Of a stretch of DNA of 48,323 nucleotides, positions 39,101-48,141 are shown one piece after another. Each line of letters begins with the position of its first letter. Within the stretch, counting starts at the first letter, position 1. The notes beneath the pieces are model-generated. The model had not been told where the DNA came from. It searched no databases and saw only the letters and a list, made by a program, of their open reading frames with translations. The stretch lies in contig CP070695.1 in assembly GCA_020353515.1 (NCBI GenBank), forward strand, positions 1,029,161-1,077,483, in the 5' to 3' direction. The position numbers and the translations under genes were made by a program. The DNA comes from Candidatus Heimdallarchaeota archaeon (GTDB taxonomy: Archaea; Asgardarchaeota; Heimdallarchaeia; Hodarchaeales; Hodarchaeaceae).

Positions 39101-39615
39101 TCATAGATAACTTAAATGCCACAAACATCATGCCTAAATATTCTAAAATTGTTTTACAGGTTCAAAGTGGCGATTTAGGTGTGGATCAATCTAAAATAAA
39201 GGCATTAACCGAAGAATCCGATGAAATTCAATCCCTCTTAAGAACTACCGACACATTTGAGTTCGAGCAGGAAGAACCTATACTTGATTTAGAAGCGGTT
39301 CAAGAAGAAATTGAAGAGCCAACTAATCAAGATATTGCTCAGAAAACGGAAATAAGCGGATTAGATGAGTGGGATCTGTTTCGATCAAGATTGACTGATC
39401 TTCAACTAAAGGTTTTAAGGATATTATTGCGTAGTAAAACCCCAAAAGAGCAATTAGATCAGATTGCTAAGCAAACTAGCACTTTACCAGAAGCAATAAT
39501 AGAATCCATTAATGAAATCGCACTTGAGATAATAGATGATATTATAATTGATTCTGAACTTCTTAACGTTATTGAAGAGTATCTAGATAGATTGAAGTCG
39601 ATTATCACGAAATAA
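36133..39615 (+). CDS. sngA: Shango SngA-like TerB_N/TerB_C protein (HAS-barrel-like N-terminus, UVR coil, 2x TerB_N, TerB_C)
   Basis: TerB_N 'FEQYWPTLDTMNEDQKSWY...TDLSYIFLYIYQIL' and 'PNYQDMTKAQLQWYFYWR...GYIILYIYEIINDIG'; TerB_C 'IKALTEESDEIQSLL...LPEAIIESINEIALEIIDDIIID'. Likely start ATG 36154. Confidence 0.85.
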   Translation: MYGKHFSMSTILTIVAENLRVNTKEIRDYQLVIPKRFENIFPVEITTVLAAYQGSPTPNIGDYFSFQVSSESSLVQRELYVQIDEITPFESISKYANKEEIESILQISLIEIDYWIVATVLGYYSPKRKKILMSENPLVGKVGKIPDSESILIFLNQYMECLFYSFPLKLINYLVHNSTQGSKFCQRGNTKILENILPKIMKKINNHFLDVQSKNFLNMFPSQTNFTITQETTNVNDIKHEYINWLASNKPMVDFFTDILKFTEKKLSLIVKYRGKVEVNPRPLNNQIKEIIHIELKKYETRIQPKRKLNKKQLIFAEFEIGFTPKKQVKISIIKPEVKPQERIYSRKPASVETKEIISKTHENQGNISELETKMKVAAHSLDFKQASRIREKLEDLKGVCCVKVVEEPQSDFKTAIVEEIPRIPKFVPFEQYWPTLDTMNEDQKSWYDHWVSEIENGHYYPTDLSYIFLYIYQILDYEDKEKGYRLLREIWIHYRREHPKLDHYLIDWITDYILLHDCHYDQRTINKELIKFHSEYTVECLDSILTLFPPRFKEIPIDWINVLANNSIKSSTFYLSKPKVMNQIIPEVLDAIDRHYHETENIGLLEKFKPDKVARFVFDKALKDESYLTKTIEILPYTKSPPFLVFIVEVVRTTESKLRKYYRFPALPHISMLEREIEKVIETIFTKFISELSLTEHETELSFIDAAQNYVNRIEDEVKPVPLYQFQPNYQDMTKAQLQWYFYWRNQVRNGNFISAQIGYIILYIYEIINDIGIQDPQEGYKRLLALWEYYRIDNPELDEYFPEWIVEYAILNDIPVDNIEELYHTILSRLDGREQRDLRYELTELLLFQFQQEAFSKIPIRMIYELVGYSNFLPYTRLNDSVRSTIDQHVGSILNEVNNYYLHKYQKGLLEFFSPTKKRRIPFVLARYFGETDILEIKGFSRQFLNFLDNTIRFIQNRFRDIEFDTTKTRLKAVIPDPEVEVLIDYYFIDNLNATNIMPKYSKIVLQVQSGDLGVDQSKIKALTEESDEIQSLLRTTDTFEFEQEEPILDLEAVQEEIEEPTNQDIAQKTEISGLDEWDLFRSRLTDLQLKVLRILLRSKTPKEQLDQIAKQTSTLPEAIIESINEIALEIIDDIIIDSELLNVIEEYLDRLKSIITK

Positions 39616-40968
39616 TTGCCTGAAGGACGCATTACAACAATGTCGAAGAAAAGAATACCACAACGTGTTTCAGCGACAATACTAAAATCCTTGAGTGCTG
39701 GGGTAGTGCCCCGGATAGGTCTTGAACATATCGCAGTAGGTCGAAAAGAAGAAATTGAATCATTATTAGAAGATTTGGAAAATATTGAAGTGGGTAGTGC
39801 AGCTTTTCGGTTTTTTATTGGACGATATGGATCTGGTAAGAGTTTCTTGATTCAACTGTTAAGAAATTATGCCATGGATCGGGATTTCGTTGTTGCTGAT
39901 GTAGATTTATCCCCAGCACGACGATTCATTGGCGGGGGAAATAAAGGCGTTGCTACATATCGTGAACTCATTACAAATATGTCCACAAAGACTCGTCCTA
40001 GTGGGGGCGCATTAACAGCTATTTTAGAGAAATGGATCTCCAAGATTCAATCCATGGTGATCATTGAAAAAGGGATTAAACCTCAAGACCCTATTTTTGT
40101 GGATCAAGTGGAAACAGAGATAATAAATGCAGTAAATAACATTAAGGATTTAGTCCATGGTTTTGATTTTGCTACCGTTATCTCAACCTACTGGCGAGGG
40201 CATAAATTAGGGGAGGAAGAGACAAAAGAAAATGCACTTCGATGGTTACGAGGGGAATACACAACTAAAACTGAGGCACGAAATGCCATAAGTGTTAGTG
40301 TCATTGTTGATGACGATTCTTGGTATGATTATATCAAGTTACTAGCACGGTTTATCACAGAAATTGGATATAAGGGACTTTTGATCTTTTTTGATGAGGC
40401 TGTCAACTTATATAAGATCACCCATACCCAATCAAGAACCAACAACTACGAGAAACTCTTGACAATGTATAATGACACCATGCAAGGAAAAGCTGAGTAT
40501 CTCGGAATTTTTGTGGGGGGAACTCCCCAATTTTTGGAAGATCGCCGAAGAGGTCTCTATAGCTATGAAGCACTTCACTCAAGACTTGTAGAAAGCCGAT
40601 TTACAAAGAATGGGCTCCGTGATATTTCAGGCCCTGTCATTAAACTTGAACGATTATCCTTAGAAGAAATTTTTGTACTATTAACTCGAGTTATGAATGT
40701 TCATGCTCTCCACTATAAGTATGAAACTTTTTTAACAAATAATGAGCTTCAAGAATTCATTAAAATAATAGTAAGCCGTATTGGGGCCGATAAACTCCTT
40801 ACTCCCCGAGAATTTGTGCGGGAATTTATTATTTTATTAAATATCTTACGGAGGAATCCGGAACAATCCTTCTTAGGCCTTATTCATGGTGAAGACTTCA
40901 AACCACAAGCCCCAAGTCAAGTAGAGGAATCAGTCAAAGGTACAGAATATGAGGAATTTACCTTATGA
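39616..40968 (+). CDS. sngB: DUF2791/BrxD-like P-loop ATPase (Shango SngB-like)
   Basis: 'LSAGVVPRIGLEHIAVGRKEEI', Walker A GRYGSGKS, 'ALRWLRGE', Walker B 'FFDEAVNL', 'GLYSYEALHSRL', 'TPREF'. Likely start ATG 39640. Confidence 0.92.
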   Translation: MPEGRITTMSKKRIPQRVSATILKSLSAGVVPRIGLEHIAVGRKEEIESLLEDLENIEVGSAAFRFFIGRYGSGKSFLIQLLRNYAMDRDFVVADVDLSPARRFIGGGNKGVATYRELITNMSTKTRPSGGALTAILEKWISKIQSMVIIEKGIKPQDPIFVDQVETEIINAVNNIKDLVHGFDFATVISTYWRGHKLGEEETKENALRWLRGEYTTKTEARNAISVSVIVDDDSWYDYIKLLARFITEIGYKGLLIFFDEAVNLYKITHTQSRTNNYEKLLTMYNDTMQGKAEYLGIFVGGTPQFLEDRRRGLYSYEALHSRLVESRFTKNGLRDISGPVIKLERLSLEEIFVLLTRVMNVHALHYKYETFLTNNELQEFIKIIVSRIGADKLLTPREFVREFIILLNILRRNPEQSFLGLIHGEDFKPQAPSQVEESVKGTEYEEFTL

Positions 40969-43205
40969 GTGACACTATTTTCAACCGATTTCCTGCATTC
41001 ATTCAAGAATGGATATATTCACATGGATGGGAGGAATTACGTGAAATTCAGGTTGCTTCTGCTCAAGCGATATTTGAGACAAAAGATCATGTGTTATTGG
41101 CAACAGGTACAGCCAGTGGGAAGACAGAGGCAGCTTTTTTTCCTGCATTAACACTAATTTATGAAGATCCTCCTGCAAGTATTGGTATCCTTTACATCTC
41201 ACCTTTGAAGGCTTTAATTAATGACCAATTTAACCGTATTGAGGAATTGTTAGAGGAAGCGGAGATTTCAGCTTGGCCGTGGCATGGTGATATCCCTCGA
41301 AATTTAAAAAGAAAGCTAATTGAAAATCCTAGTGGTGTTCTCCAAATTACACCTGAATCTATGGAAAGTTTGTTAATAAATAGGCAACAAGAATTACGTA
41401 GGATGTTTGGTGATCTTCGATTTGTGATCATAGATGAAGTACATGTATTTATGAATGCTGAAAGAGGAACTCAAATCTTATGTCAATTAGAACGCTTGGG
41501 GAATATCATTGGCTATCATCCCCGACGTATAGGTCTTTCAGCGACTCTGAGCGACTATAGCTCTGCAGAAAAGTGGTTAAGTTCGGGAACCAATATTCCA
41601 GTGAATACTCCGAAGGTACAGGGATTAATCAAAAGAATAAGATTAGCTGTTGAGAATTTCATAGATCCTAATCCCAATCCAGCTGGAATAATGCAGTATG
41701 GTGAGAGTGGTGAGTTGGTTGCTCCTGCTACAGAACCTTCTTCAGAACCATACCCCTCGAATATGTATTTATTTGATCAAACGTTAAATCGTCAGTGTTT
41801 AATCTTTACTAATACCCGAGAACGAGCAGAAAGCACAATTAATGCTCTTCGGGCAATTGCTGACCAAAAACGATTTCCGAATCGGTATTATGTTCATCAT
41901 GGAAGTATTTCAGCTTCTCTTAGAGAAGAAGCAGAATCAATTATGAAAACAGGGGACATTCCTTCAGTTACAGCATGTTCAGTTACATTGGAATTAGGAA
42001 TTGATATTGGATCTCTGGAAAGAATTATTCAAATTGGATCCCCACGAACGGTTTCCAGTTTTTTACAGCGTTTAGGACGATCAGGTAGAAAGGAAGCTGA
42101 TGTCTCTGAAATTCTTTTCATCCATTCGGAAGAAGAACCATCAGATAATAAGCCATTACCTTACCTAATACCTTGGGAATTGATCCAATCTGTTGCAATC
42201 ATCAATTTATATTTAGAAGAACGCTGGATTGAACCAATACGAGAATTGAAGTCGCCCTTCAGTTTATTATATCATCAAACAATGTCCTCTTTAGCTTCTG
42301 CGGGCGAGCTCTCTCCTCAATCTCTCGCTCAACGAGTTCTTTCCTTAACGCCATTTCAACACGTCTCTCAAGACAATTATCGGACTCTTATTCGTCACCT
42401 CATTGAATTAAATCACATTGAACAAATTGAAGATACAGGGGGAGGTTTAATCGTTGGTTTAGATGGTGAACGAGTTGTTAGAAATTATCGATTTTATGCT
42501 GTATTTCCTGATGTCGTAGAGTGGACAGTGAAAGATACTGAAGGATTTGATGAAATAGGCAAAGTTGGACAATTATTTCTCCCTGGAGATCGGTTTCCAC
42601 TTGCAGGATATACTTGGGAAGTTAAAGAAATCTATCCCGATCAAAAAATGATAATTGTTTCGAAAGTAGGCGGTCGTACAAGGTATTTCTGGCCTGGAGG
42701 GATTGCTCCTGTGCATACTAAAGTCCTTCAACATATGCGAAAAATCCTCTTTGAAGATAAAATTTATCCTTATCTGCAAGCTGGTGCTGCTGAACGTATT
42801 CAACAGGTTAGAACACTAGCCCGAGAGGTAAGGATGGATAAACGAGCACTTTTTCAACTCGCAGGTCACAAATTTGTACTTATTCCTTGGTCTGGGTCAA
42901 TTTCGTTTCGAACAATTAGAAGAATATTGGAAATACATTCTGAAGAACTGGGGATCAGGAGCTTGAATGAACAGTCTCCATATTTCTTCTTATTTGAAGC
43001 TGAAGACAAAGAAAGAGAGAGTCTTGAATCAGAGATTAAAAAATTGTGTAAGAGAATTGAATCACCTTCCGAGCTTGTCAAAGAGGATGAAATCTTTGTT
43101 TGGCGGAAATTTGACCAATATATCCCAACAGATCTCCAACAACAGACATTAATGGATGATTACTTGGACTTGGAAGAAGTTAAAGAAATTATCAAGAACT
43201 GGTGA
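40965..43205 (+). CDS. sngC: Lhr-like DEAD/DEAH helicase (Shango SngC-like), copy 1
   Basis: 'TASGKTEAA', 'SPLKALINDQ', 'TPES', DEVH, SAT, 'TLELGIDIG', 'QRLGRSGR'. ATGA overlap with the ATPase. Confidence 0.92.
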   Translation: MSDTIFNRFPAFIQEWIYSHGWEELREIQVASAQAIFETKDHVLLATGTASGKTEAAFFPALTLIYEDPPASIGILYISPLKALINDQFNRIEELLEEAEISAWPWHGDIPRNLKRKLIENPSGVLQITPESMESLLINRQQELRRMFGDLRFVIIDEVHVFMNAERGTQILCQLERLGNIIGYHPRRIGLSATLSDYSSAEKWLSSGTNIPVNTPKVQGLIKRIRLAVENFIDPNPNPAGIMQYGESGELVAPATEPSSEPYPSNMYLFDQTLNRQCLIFTNTRERAESTINALRAIADQKRFPNRYYVHHGSISASLREEAESIMKTGDIPSVTACSVTLELGIDIGSLERIIQIGSPRTVSSFLQRLGRSGRKEADVSEILFIHSEEEPSDNKPLPYLIPWELIQSVAIINLYLEERWIEPIRELKSPFSLLYHQTMSSLASAGELSPQSLAQRVLSLTPFQHVSQDNYRTLIRHLIELNHIEQIEDTGGGLIVGLDGERVVRNYRFYAVFPDVVEWTVKDTEGFDEIGKVGQLFLPGDRFPLAGYTWEVKEIYPDQKMIIVSKVGGRTRYFWPGGIAPVHTKVLQHMRKILFEDKIYPYLQAGAAERIQQVRTLAREVRMDKRALFQLAGHKFVLIPWSGSISFRTIRRILEIHSEELGIRSLNEQSPYFFLFEAEDKERESLESEIKKLCKRIESPSELVKEDEIFVWRKFDQYIPTDLQQQTLMDDYLDLEEVKEIIKNW

Positions 43206-45487
43206 GGGATCTGGCCTCGGATCAATTCTATCGTCTTGCTCCATGGATTCAAGAGTGGATTTATCGGCGGCAATGGGAGGTATTTAGACCAATTCAAGAA
43301 GAGGCTTGTAAAGTTATATTCGATACTCCCCACCATCTGTTGTTAGCGACTGGAACTGCCAGTGGGAAGACCGAAGCAGCATTATTTCCTATCTTGACTC
43401 TATTGGATCAAAATCCTTCTGCAAGTGTTGGGGTATTGTATATTGGACCATTAAAAGCTCTTATTAATGATCAGTTCCAGCGAGTAGAGGATCTCCTTCA
43501 AGAGGCGGATATAAAAGTCTGGCGATGGCACGGAGACGTCTCACAGAGTCATAAAGCCAAATTAGTTAAAAATCCAAACGGATTACTACAAATCACTCCA
43601 GAATCATTAGAAAGTTTATTAATCAATCGTACAACTGATTTACGAAGACTCTTTGGGGATCTACGATTCGTCATTATTGATGAAGTGCATGCGTTCATGC
43701 CTCAATTATCGGATCGAGGAAGACAGGTTCTTTGTCAACTTGAGCGGCTTCAAGAGTTTGTAAACCGAATTCCACGACGAATTGGTCTTTCAGCAACACT
43801 TGGTGATTATTCATATGCGGAATATTGGCTTGCTTCAGGCACTAATCAATCTGTTATTACTCCGATTACAAATGAACCCTCGAAAAAACTTAGGCTAAGT
43901 ATTGAACATTTTACTGAAACAACATGGTATCGAGCAAAAATGAGAGGACAACCCCCACCACGTGGCCTTGATCTCCCATCACATAGATGGATCTTTGATT
44001 TAGTTTTAGGAAGAAAATGTATAATTTTTCAGAATGATAGAGAAAGAACTGAACTTGTGACTCATGGATTAAGAGAAATCGCTAAATCAAAAGGATTACC
44101 TGATGTATACCACACGCATCATTCATGTATAGCAGGTTTGCTTAGAGAGGATGCAGAGGAGTTCTTGAAAGAAAAGAATGGAGTCCCCCATGTTGTTGCA
44201 GCAACTATGACTCTAGAGTTAGGCATTGATATTTCTGATGTGGAAAGGATTATCCATGTAGATAGCCCTCATGCTGTTTCCACATTCGTACAACGTTTAG
44301 GAAGATCTGGTAGAGTAAATAACGCATCAGAGATGTTATTTGCAATTTCTGAGAACCCCAAGACAGATCGAACACCTCTTGCATATCAACTCCCCTATCG
44401 GTTATTACAGGCTATCGCTGTTGTCGAGCTCTATCTCGATGAACGATGGGTCGAACCTGCAATTCCCCTCAAAAAGCCATTTTCAATCTTATTCCATCAA
44501 ACAATGTCTATCTTAGCCTCTGCTGGTGAACTTTCTCCTCAGGCGTTAGCTCAAAGAGTGTTATCACTTTCTCCTTTCAAGAATATTACCCAGGCTGAAT
44601 TTCGCGTATTATTAAACCATCTTCTCAAAAATGATTACATCGAACAAATTCAAGATGGGGGTTTGGTGCTTGGACTCGCTGGAGAAAAAATAGTCCGAAA
44701 TTACCGTTTTTATGCAGTATTTCGAGACTATGCTGTTGACTATTCAGTGAAAGAGGGGACACGAGAGATTGGCCATATTGAACAACTCCTTGAACCAGGT
44801 GATCAATTATTAATAGGCGGATATCCTTATCGAATAACCCAAGCTTACCCCAAACAAAAGCTCATGCTAGCTGAAAAGATAACTGACAAACCATTGTACG
44901 TATGGCCAGGGAGAATAGCACCTGTTCATACGAGAGTAGTTCAACGCATGCGACGTTCTCTCTTTGAAGAAAAAAATTATTCATTTCTCCAAAGAGGCGC
45001 ACAGCTCCGACTTAAGGAAGGCCAATTATTCGCCAAAGAGCAGCAGTTAGATAAAAAGGTCTTATTACAAGAGTCAAAAAGCAGGTATAGCCTGCTCCCA
45101 TGGATGGGGTCTACACCTTTCAGAACTCTTCTTCGTATATTAAAATTTCTTGGTCCAAACACCTTAGGGATCAATTGGGTACAACCTGAGCCTGTAACAA
45201 CAACAGATCCTCATCTTCCAGTCCATGTGGTTCAATTTGAAACTGGTAATTATAATAACGTCAATTCGCTTTATAAAGATCTATACAATCTAGTAGAAAG
45301 CGTTTCAGAGAAAGAATTACATCAATTATATGATCAGTCTGAAAAATTTATTTATGAGAGATACCATCATCTATTACCAATAGACTTGCAGCGAGAGGTT
45401 TTAGTTCATAATTACCTGGATCTTGAGGAGGTTAAGAGTGTCATTCGTACGTGGGAGGATTATTCTGTTTACTGGCAAGAAAATTGA
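43202..45487 (+). CDS. sngC: Lhr-like DEAD/DEAH helicase (Shango SngC-like), copy 2
   Basis: Same complete motif set (TASGKT, DEVH, SAT, TLELGID, QRLGRSGR). GTGA overlap with copy 1. Confidence 0.9.
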   Translation: MRDLASDQFYRLAPWIQEWIYRRQWEVFRPIQEEACKVIFDTPHHLLLATGTASGKTEAALFPILTLLDQNPSASVGVLYIGPLKALINDQFQRVEDLLQEADIKVWRWHGDVSQSHKAKLVKNPNGLLQITPESLESLLINRTTDLRRLFGDLRFVIIDEVHAFMPQLSDRGRQVLCQLERLQEFVNRIPRRIGLSATLGDYSYAEYWLASGTNQSVITPITNEPSKKLRLSIEHFTETTWYRAKMRGQPPPRGLDLPSHRWIFDLVLGRKCIIFQNDRERTELVTHGLREIAKSKGLPDVYHTHHSCIAGLLREDAEEFLKEKNGVPHVVAATMTLELGIDISDVERIIHVDSPHAVSTFVQRLGRSGRVNNASEMLFAISENPKTDRTPLAYQLPYRLLQAIAVVELYLDERWVEPAIPLKKPFSILFHQTMSILASAGELSPQALAQRVLSLSPFKNITQAEFRVLLNHLLKNDYIEQIQDGGLVLGLAGEKIVRNYRFYAVFRDYAVDYSVKEGTREIGHIEQLLEPGDQLLIGGYPYRITQAYPKQKLMLAEKITDKPLYVWPGRIAPVHTRVVQRMRRSLFEEKNYSFLQRGAQLRLKEGQLFAKEQQLDKKVLLQESKSRYSLLPWMGSTPFRTLLRILKFLGPNTLGINWVQPEPVTTTDPHLPVHVVQFETGNYNNVNSLYKDLYNLVESVSEKELHQLYDQSEKFIYERYHHLLPIDLQREVLVHNYLDLEEVKSVIRTWEDYSVYWQEN

Positions 45488-45514
45488 GGTATATGTCTAT
45501 TTCAGTGTGATGAT

Positions 45515-46516
45515 ATGAAAATAAATGAAGTTATCAAGAAATTATTAGCTTCAAAGGATCCAGCAATTCAATTAAAGGTGTATTTACGACTACTGGAACA
45601 TGATTATGAGAGTCACGAAGTTCAGAAAGTAGTATCTGTCATCAAAGAGTCACCTGTGGTTTCAGGATTACTAAGCGCCCTTTCAGCTCAAGAAAAGGTA
45701 TATAATACAAAAGAGATCGGAGAGGGACGTGTTTATAAGAAGTGGGAAGGAATTCATTGGGTATTGGCGGACTTGGCAGATATTGGTTATCCCCCAGGAG
45801 ATCAAACATTACTAGCAAGCATTAAACTTGAGTTGAACTGGTTATTAAGTAAGAAACGCTGGGCAAGTAAGAAGACACTTAATGGACGAAAGAGATTTTG
45901 TGCTTCTCAAGAAGGGAATGGATTATTTTCAATTACATCACTCGGACTAGCAGAACATGTCTTGGAGGAATGTTCAATTCTAGCTAATCGTTTAATTACC
46001 TATCAATGGCAGGACGGAGGATGGAATTGTGATGTGCGACCTGAAGCAAAAAACTCATCCTATCATGAAAGTGCAATTCCCCTAAGAGCATTGAACGTCT
46101 TTGAGAGAAGAACTAGCGATCCGAAGGCAAAAAAAGCAGTCGACCAAGCATCAGAATTGTTTCTCAAGAGAAGATTCTATAAAAAATTGAATACCAACAA
46201 AATTATTGATAGGAATTGGACAAAATTATCGTATCCTTCATATTGGATGTATAACTTCTTCTTTGGATTGAAAGTGATCGCTGAATGTGGAAAAATAGAA
46301 GATTCTCGGTGTGAAGATGCTTTACAGTTACTCGAATCCAAACAACTCCCTGAGGGAGGATTTCCAGCAGAACAGAAGAATTTCTTTACTAATAAAAGGT
46401 CTCGCTATTCTCCAGTTGACTGGGGAGAATTAAATAGACGGAAAATGAATGAATGGGTCACAATTGACGCGTTCTATATTTTGAAAGAAGCAAACAAAAT
46501 CGATCTTGAAGTATAG
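45515..46516 (+). CDS. Prenyltransferase/squalene-cyclase-repeat (alpha/alpha barrel) protein of unknown function
   Basis: QW-type motifs 'QWQDGGWNC' and 'QLPEGGFP'; 'YKKWEGIHW', 'YPSYWMY', 'NEWVT'. Confidence 0.7.
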   Translation: MKINEVIKKLLASKDPAIQLKVYLRLLEHDYESHEVQKVVSVIKESPVVSGLLSALSAQEKVYNTKEIGEGRVYKKWEGIHWVLADLADIGYPPGDQTLLASIKLELNWLLSKKRWASKKTLNGRKRFCASQEGNGLFSITSLGLAEHVLEECSILANRLITYQWQDGGWNCDVRPEAKNSSYHESAIPLRALNVFERRTSDPKAKKAVDQASELFLKRRFYKKLNTNKIIDRNWTKLSYPSYWMYNFFFGLKVIAECGKIEDSRCEDALQLLESKQLPEGGFPAEQKNFFTNKRSRYSPVDWGELNRRKMNEWVTIDAFYILKEANKIDLEV

Positions 46517-46540
46517 AACTCATCAAGAACTTAGTATAAT

Positions 46541-47776
46541 TTATGTCAAGCGTTTTAGTTTGTCTAATACTACAAAGTAAGCTTTCTTTTCTAATTCTTC
46601 AAGTAGTATACTTTTTCCATTTAAAAAGAAGTCAATAATATAGGGATGGGCAGCTTGAGGAATGTTTAATTTCTTAAATTCGCTCCTATCCAACTCGTAA
46701 ACATCTTCAGGATGTGTTTCAAGAAATGCAGCAGCTTTGTTTAACTGATATGTTTCACCTTTTTCTTGAATAATATTTAAACTTACGTAAGCTGCTCTCA
46801 TTAAGATTTCAGCAAGTCGGAGATTATTTTCAATCCGTCCAGGAGGAATATATCGTCTTGAAGTGTAAGGCAGCTCAAATTCATGATTAAATTTGTATGC
46901 TTTTATCTCTGGATAGATGAGATTGAATTTTTTTAATTGAAAATGATCTAATGTTCCATATTTGTTATTATTGCCGTACAGTTGGCGATATTTAGATAAC
47001 AAATGAGGATATTGTTTTTGGATTGTACGGAAAAACCCCTCTTTATTTCTTCCAGGTTTTAAGGTTAAGGACCAAACATATACAAACTCTGCCCCAACTT
47101 TTTTTGCTTCTTGGAATATAGAATTCATGTTTTCGTCTGTATCCCCAATAAATGGTAATGGGGGATAAAAATATACCCCTGAATGAATCCTTTCTTCCCT
47201 TAGTTTCTGAATTGCTTTGAAGCGTTCGGAGGTTGTACTTGCACGGGGTTCAAAGATTTCTTGAGCATTTTCATCCGCTAATGTAATACTGAAATTTACT
47301 GCTGCGTATGTTCTCTCATTTATCTTTTTAAATAAGTCTAGGTCTCTTAAAACAAGTGTATTTTTTGTTAATATTTGTACAGGAACATTATACATATATG
47401 CAAGATGTAATAATGTACGAGTCATTTTCACCTGTTTCTCTGCAGGCTGATAGACATCACATACACCTCCTCCAATAAATAGAATGAATTTTGGTTTAGG
47501 GCCTTTTTTCTCTAATTTTAAATGATCTTCTAGAGTAGAGCCTGATACCATACCTTGCTTTTTTAAAAATCGTTCAAGCAAGTGAGGGGCATTCTTCTTG
47601 ACACGAATACGATTACCAAAGTCTTCATGCATGTGATATACTTCAGATTTACCATCACAATACTGACAATCGTGATAACAGCCCTGATAAGGATTAAGAT
47701 AGTGTTCAGACCAAGAAAAAAGTGAGGGCGAGCTATTCCGCATTAGAGTCTTGGCATAATACTCTTCTATAATCAT
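46541..47776 (-). CDS. Radical SAM protein, SPL/Rv2578c-like family
   Basis: 'LNPYQGCYHDCQYC', 'DVYQPAE', 'ILTK', 'FEPRA...ERF', 'PLPFIGD'. Confidence 0.88.
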   Translation of the reverse strand: MIIEEYYAKTLMRNSSPSLFSWSEHYLNPYQGCYHDCQYCDGKSEVYHMHEDFGNRIRVKKNAPHLLERFLKKQGMVSGSTLEDHLKLEKKGPKPKFILFIGGGVCDVYQPAEKQVKMTRTLLHLAYMYNVPVQILTKNTLVLRDLDLFKKINERTYAAVNFSITLADENAQEIFEPRASTTSERFKAIQKLREERIHSGVYFYPPLPFIGDTDENMNSIFQEAKKVGAEFVYVWSLTLKPGRNKEGFFRTIQKQYPHLLSKYRQLYGNNNKYGTLDHFQLKKFNLIYPEIKAYKFNHEFELPYTSRRYIPPGRIENNLRLAEILMRAAYVSLNIIQEKGETYQLNKAAAFLETHPEDVYELDRSEFKKLNIPQAAHPYIIDFFLNGKSILLEELEKKAYFVVLDKLKRLT

Positions 47777-48141
47777 ATGAATTAACCTGGTGAGGTCGGT
47801 GGGGTGAGGTTTAACGATCCAAATTTCATTAAAATTTTCAATAAAAATTTTTATTCCAAATTAATAAAATCCAAGCCTCTGAAAATTCCTCAATAATATT
47901 ATACAAGAAATTTAGTCTGAATTAGGAATAATCTGGCCTAATCTCTACTATGAATAGAATTCAAGATTACTCAAAATACGACGATATTTTTTCTCAATTT
48001 TTTGGACTTAAAAGAATAGCCTGAGATACTTTTTTAGAGATATTTAATATTAATAGCTTATTAAACAGTATTTTTAGATCATCTCTAGAAATTCGAATTA
48101 AACCAAAATCATTATTAAAAAAGAAAACTTGGTTATTTAAC

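Noticed and set aside
36133-39615. Tellurite-resistance operon
   Set aside because: No terA/C/D/Z genes; the context is ATPase + helicase.
39616-45487. BREX system (BrxD + BrxHI-like)
   Set aside because: No pglZ, pglX or brxC in the window. The TerB_N/TerB_C partner points to Shango.
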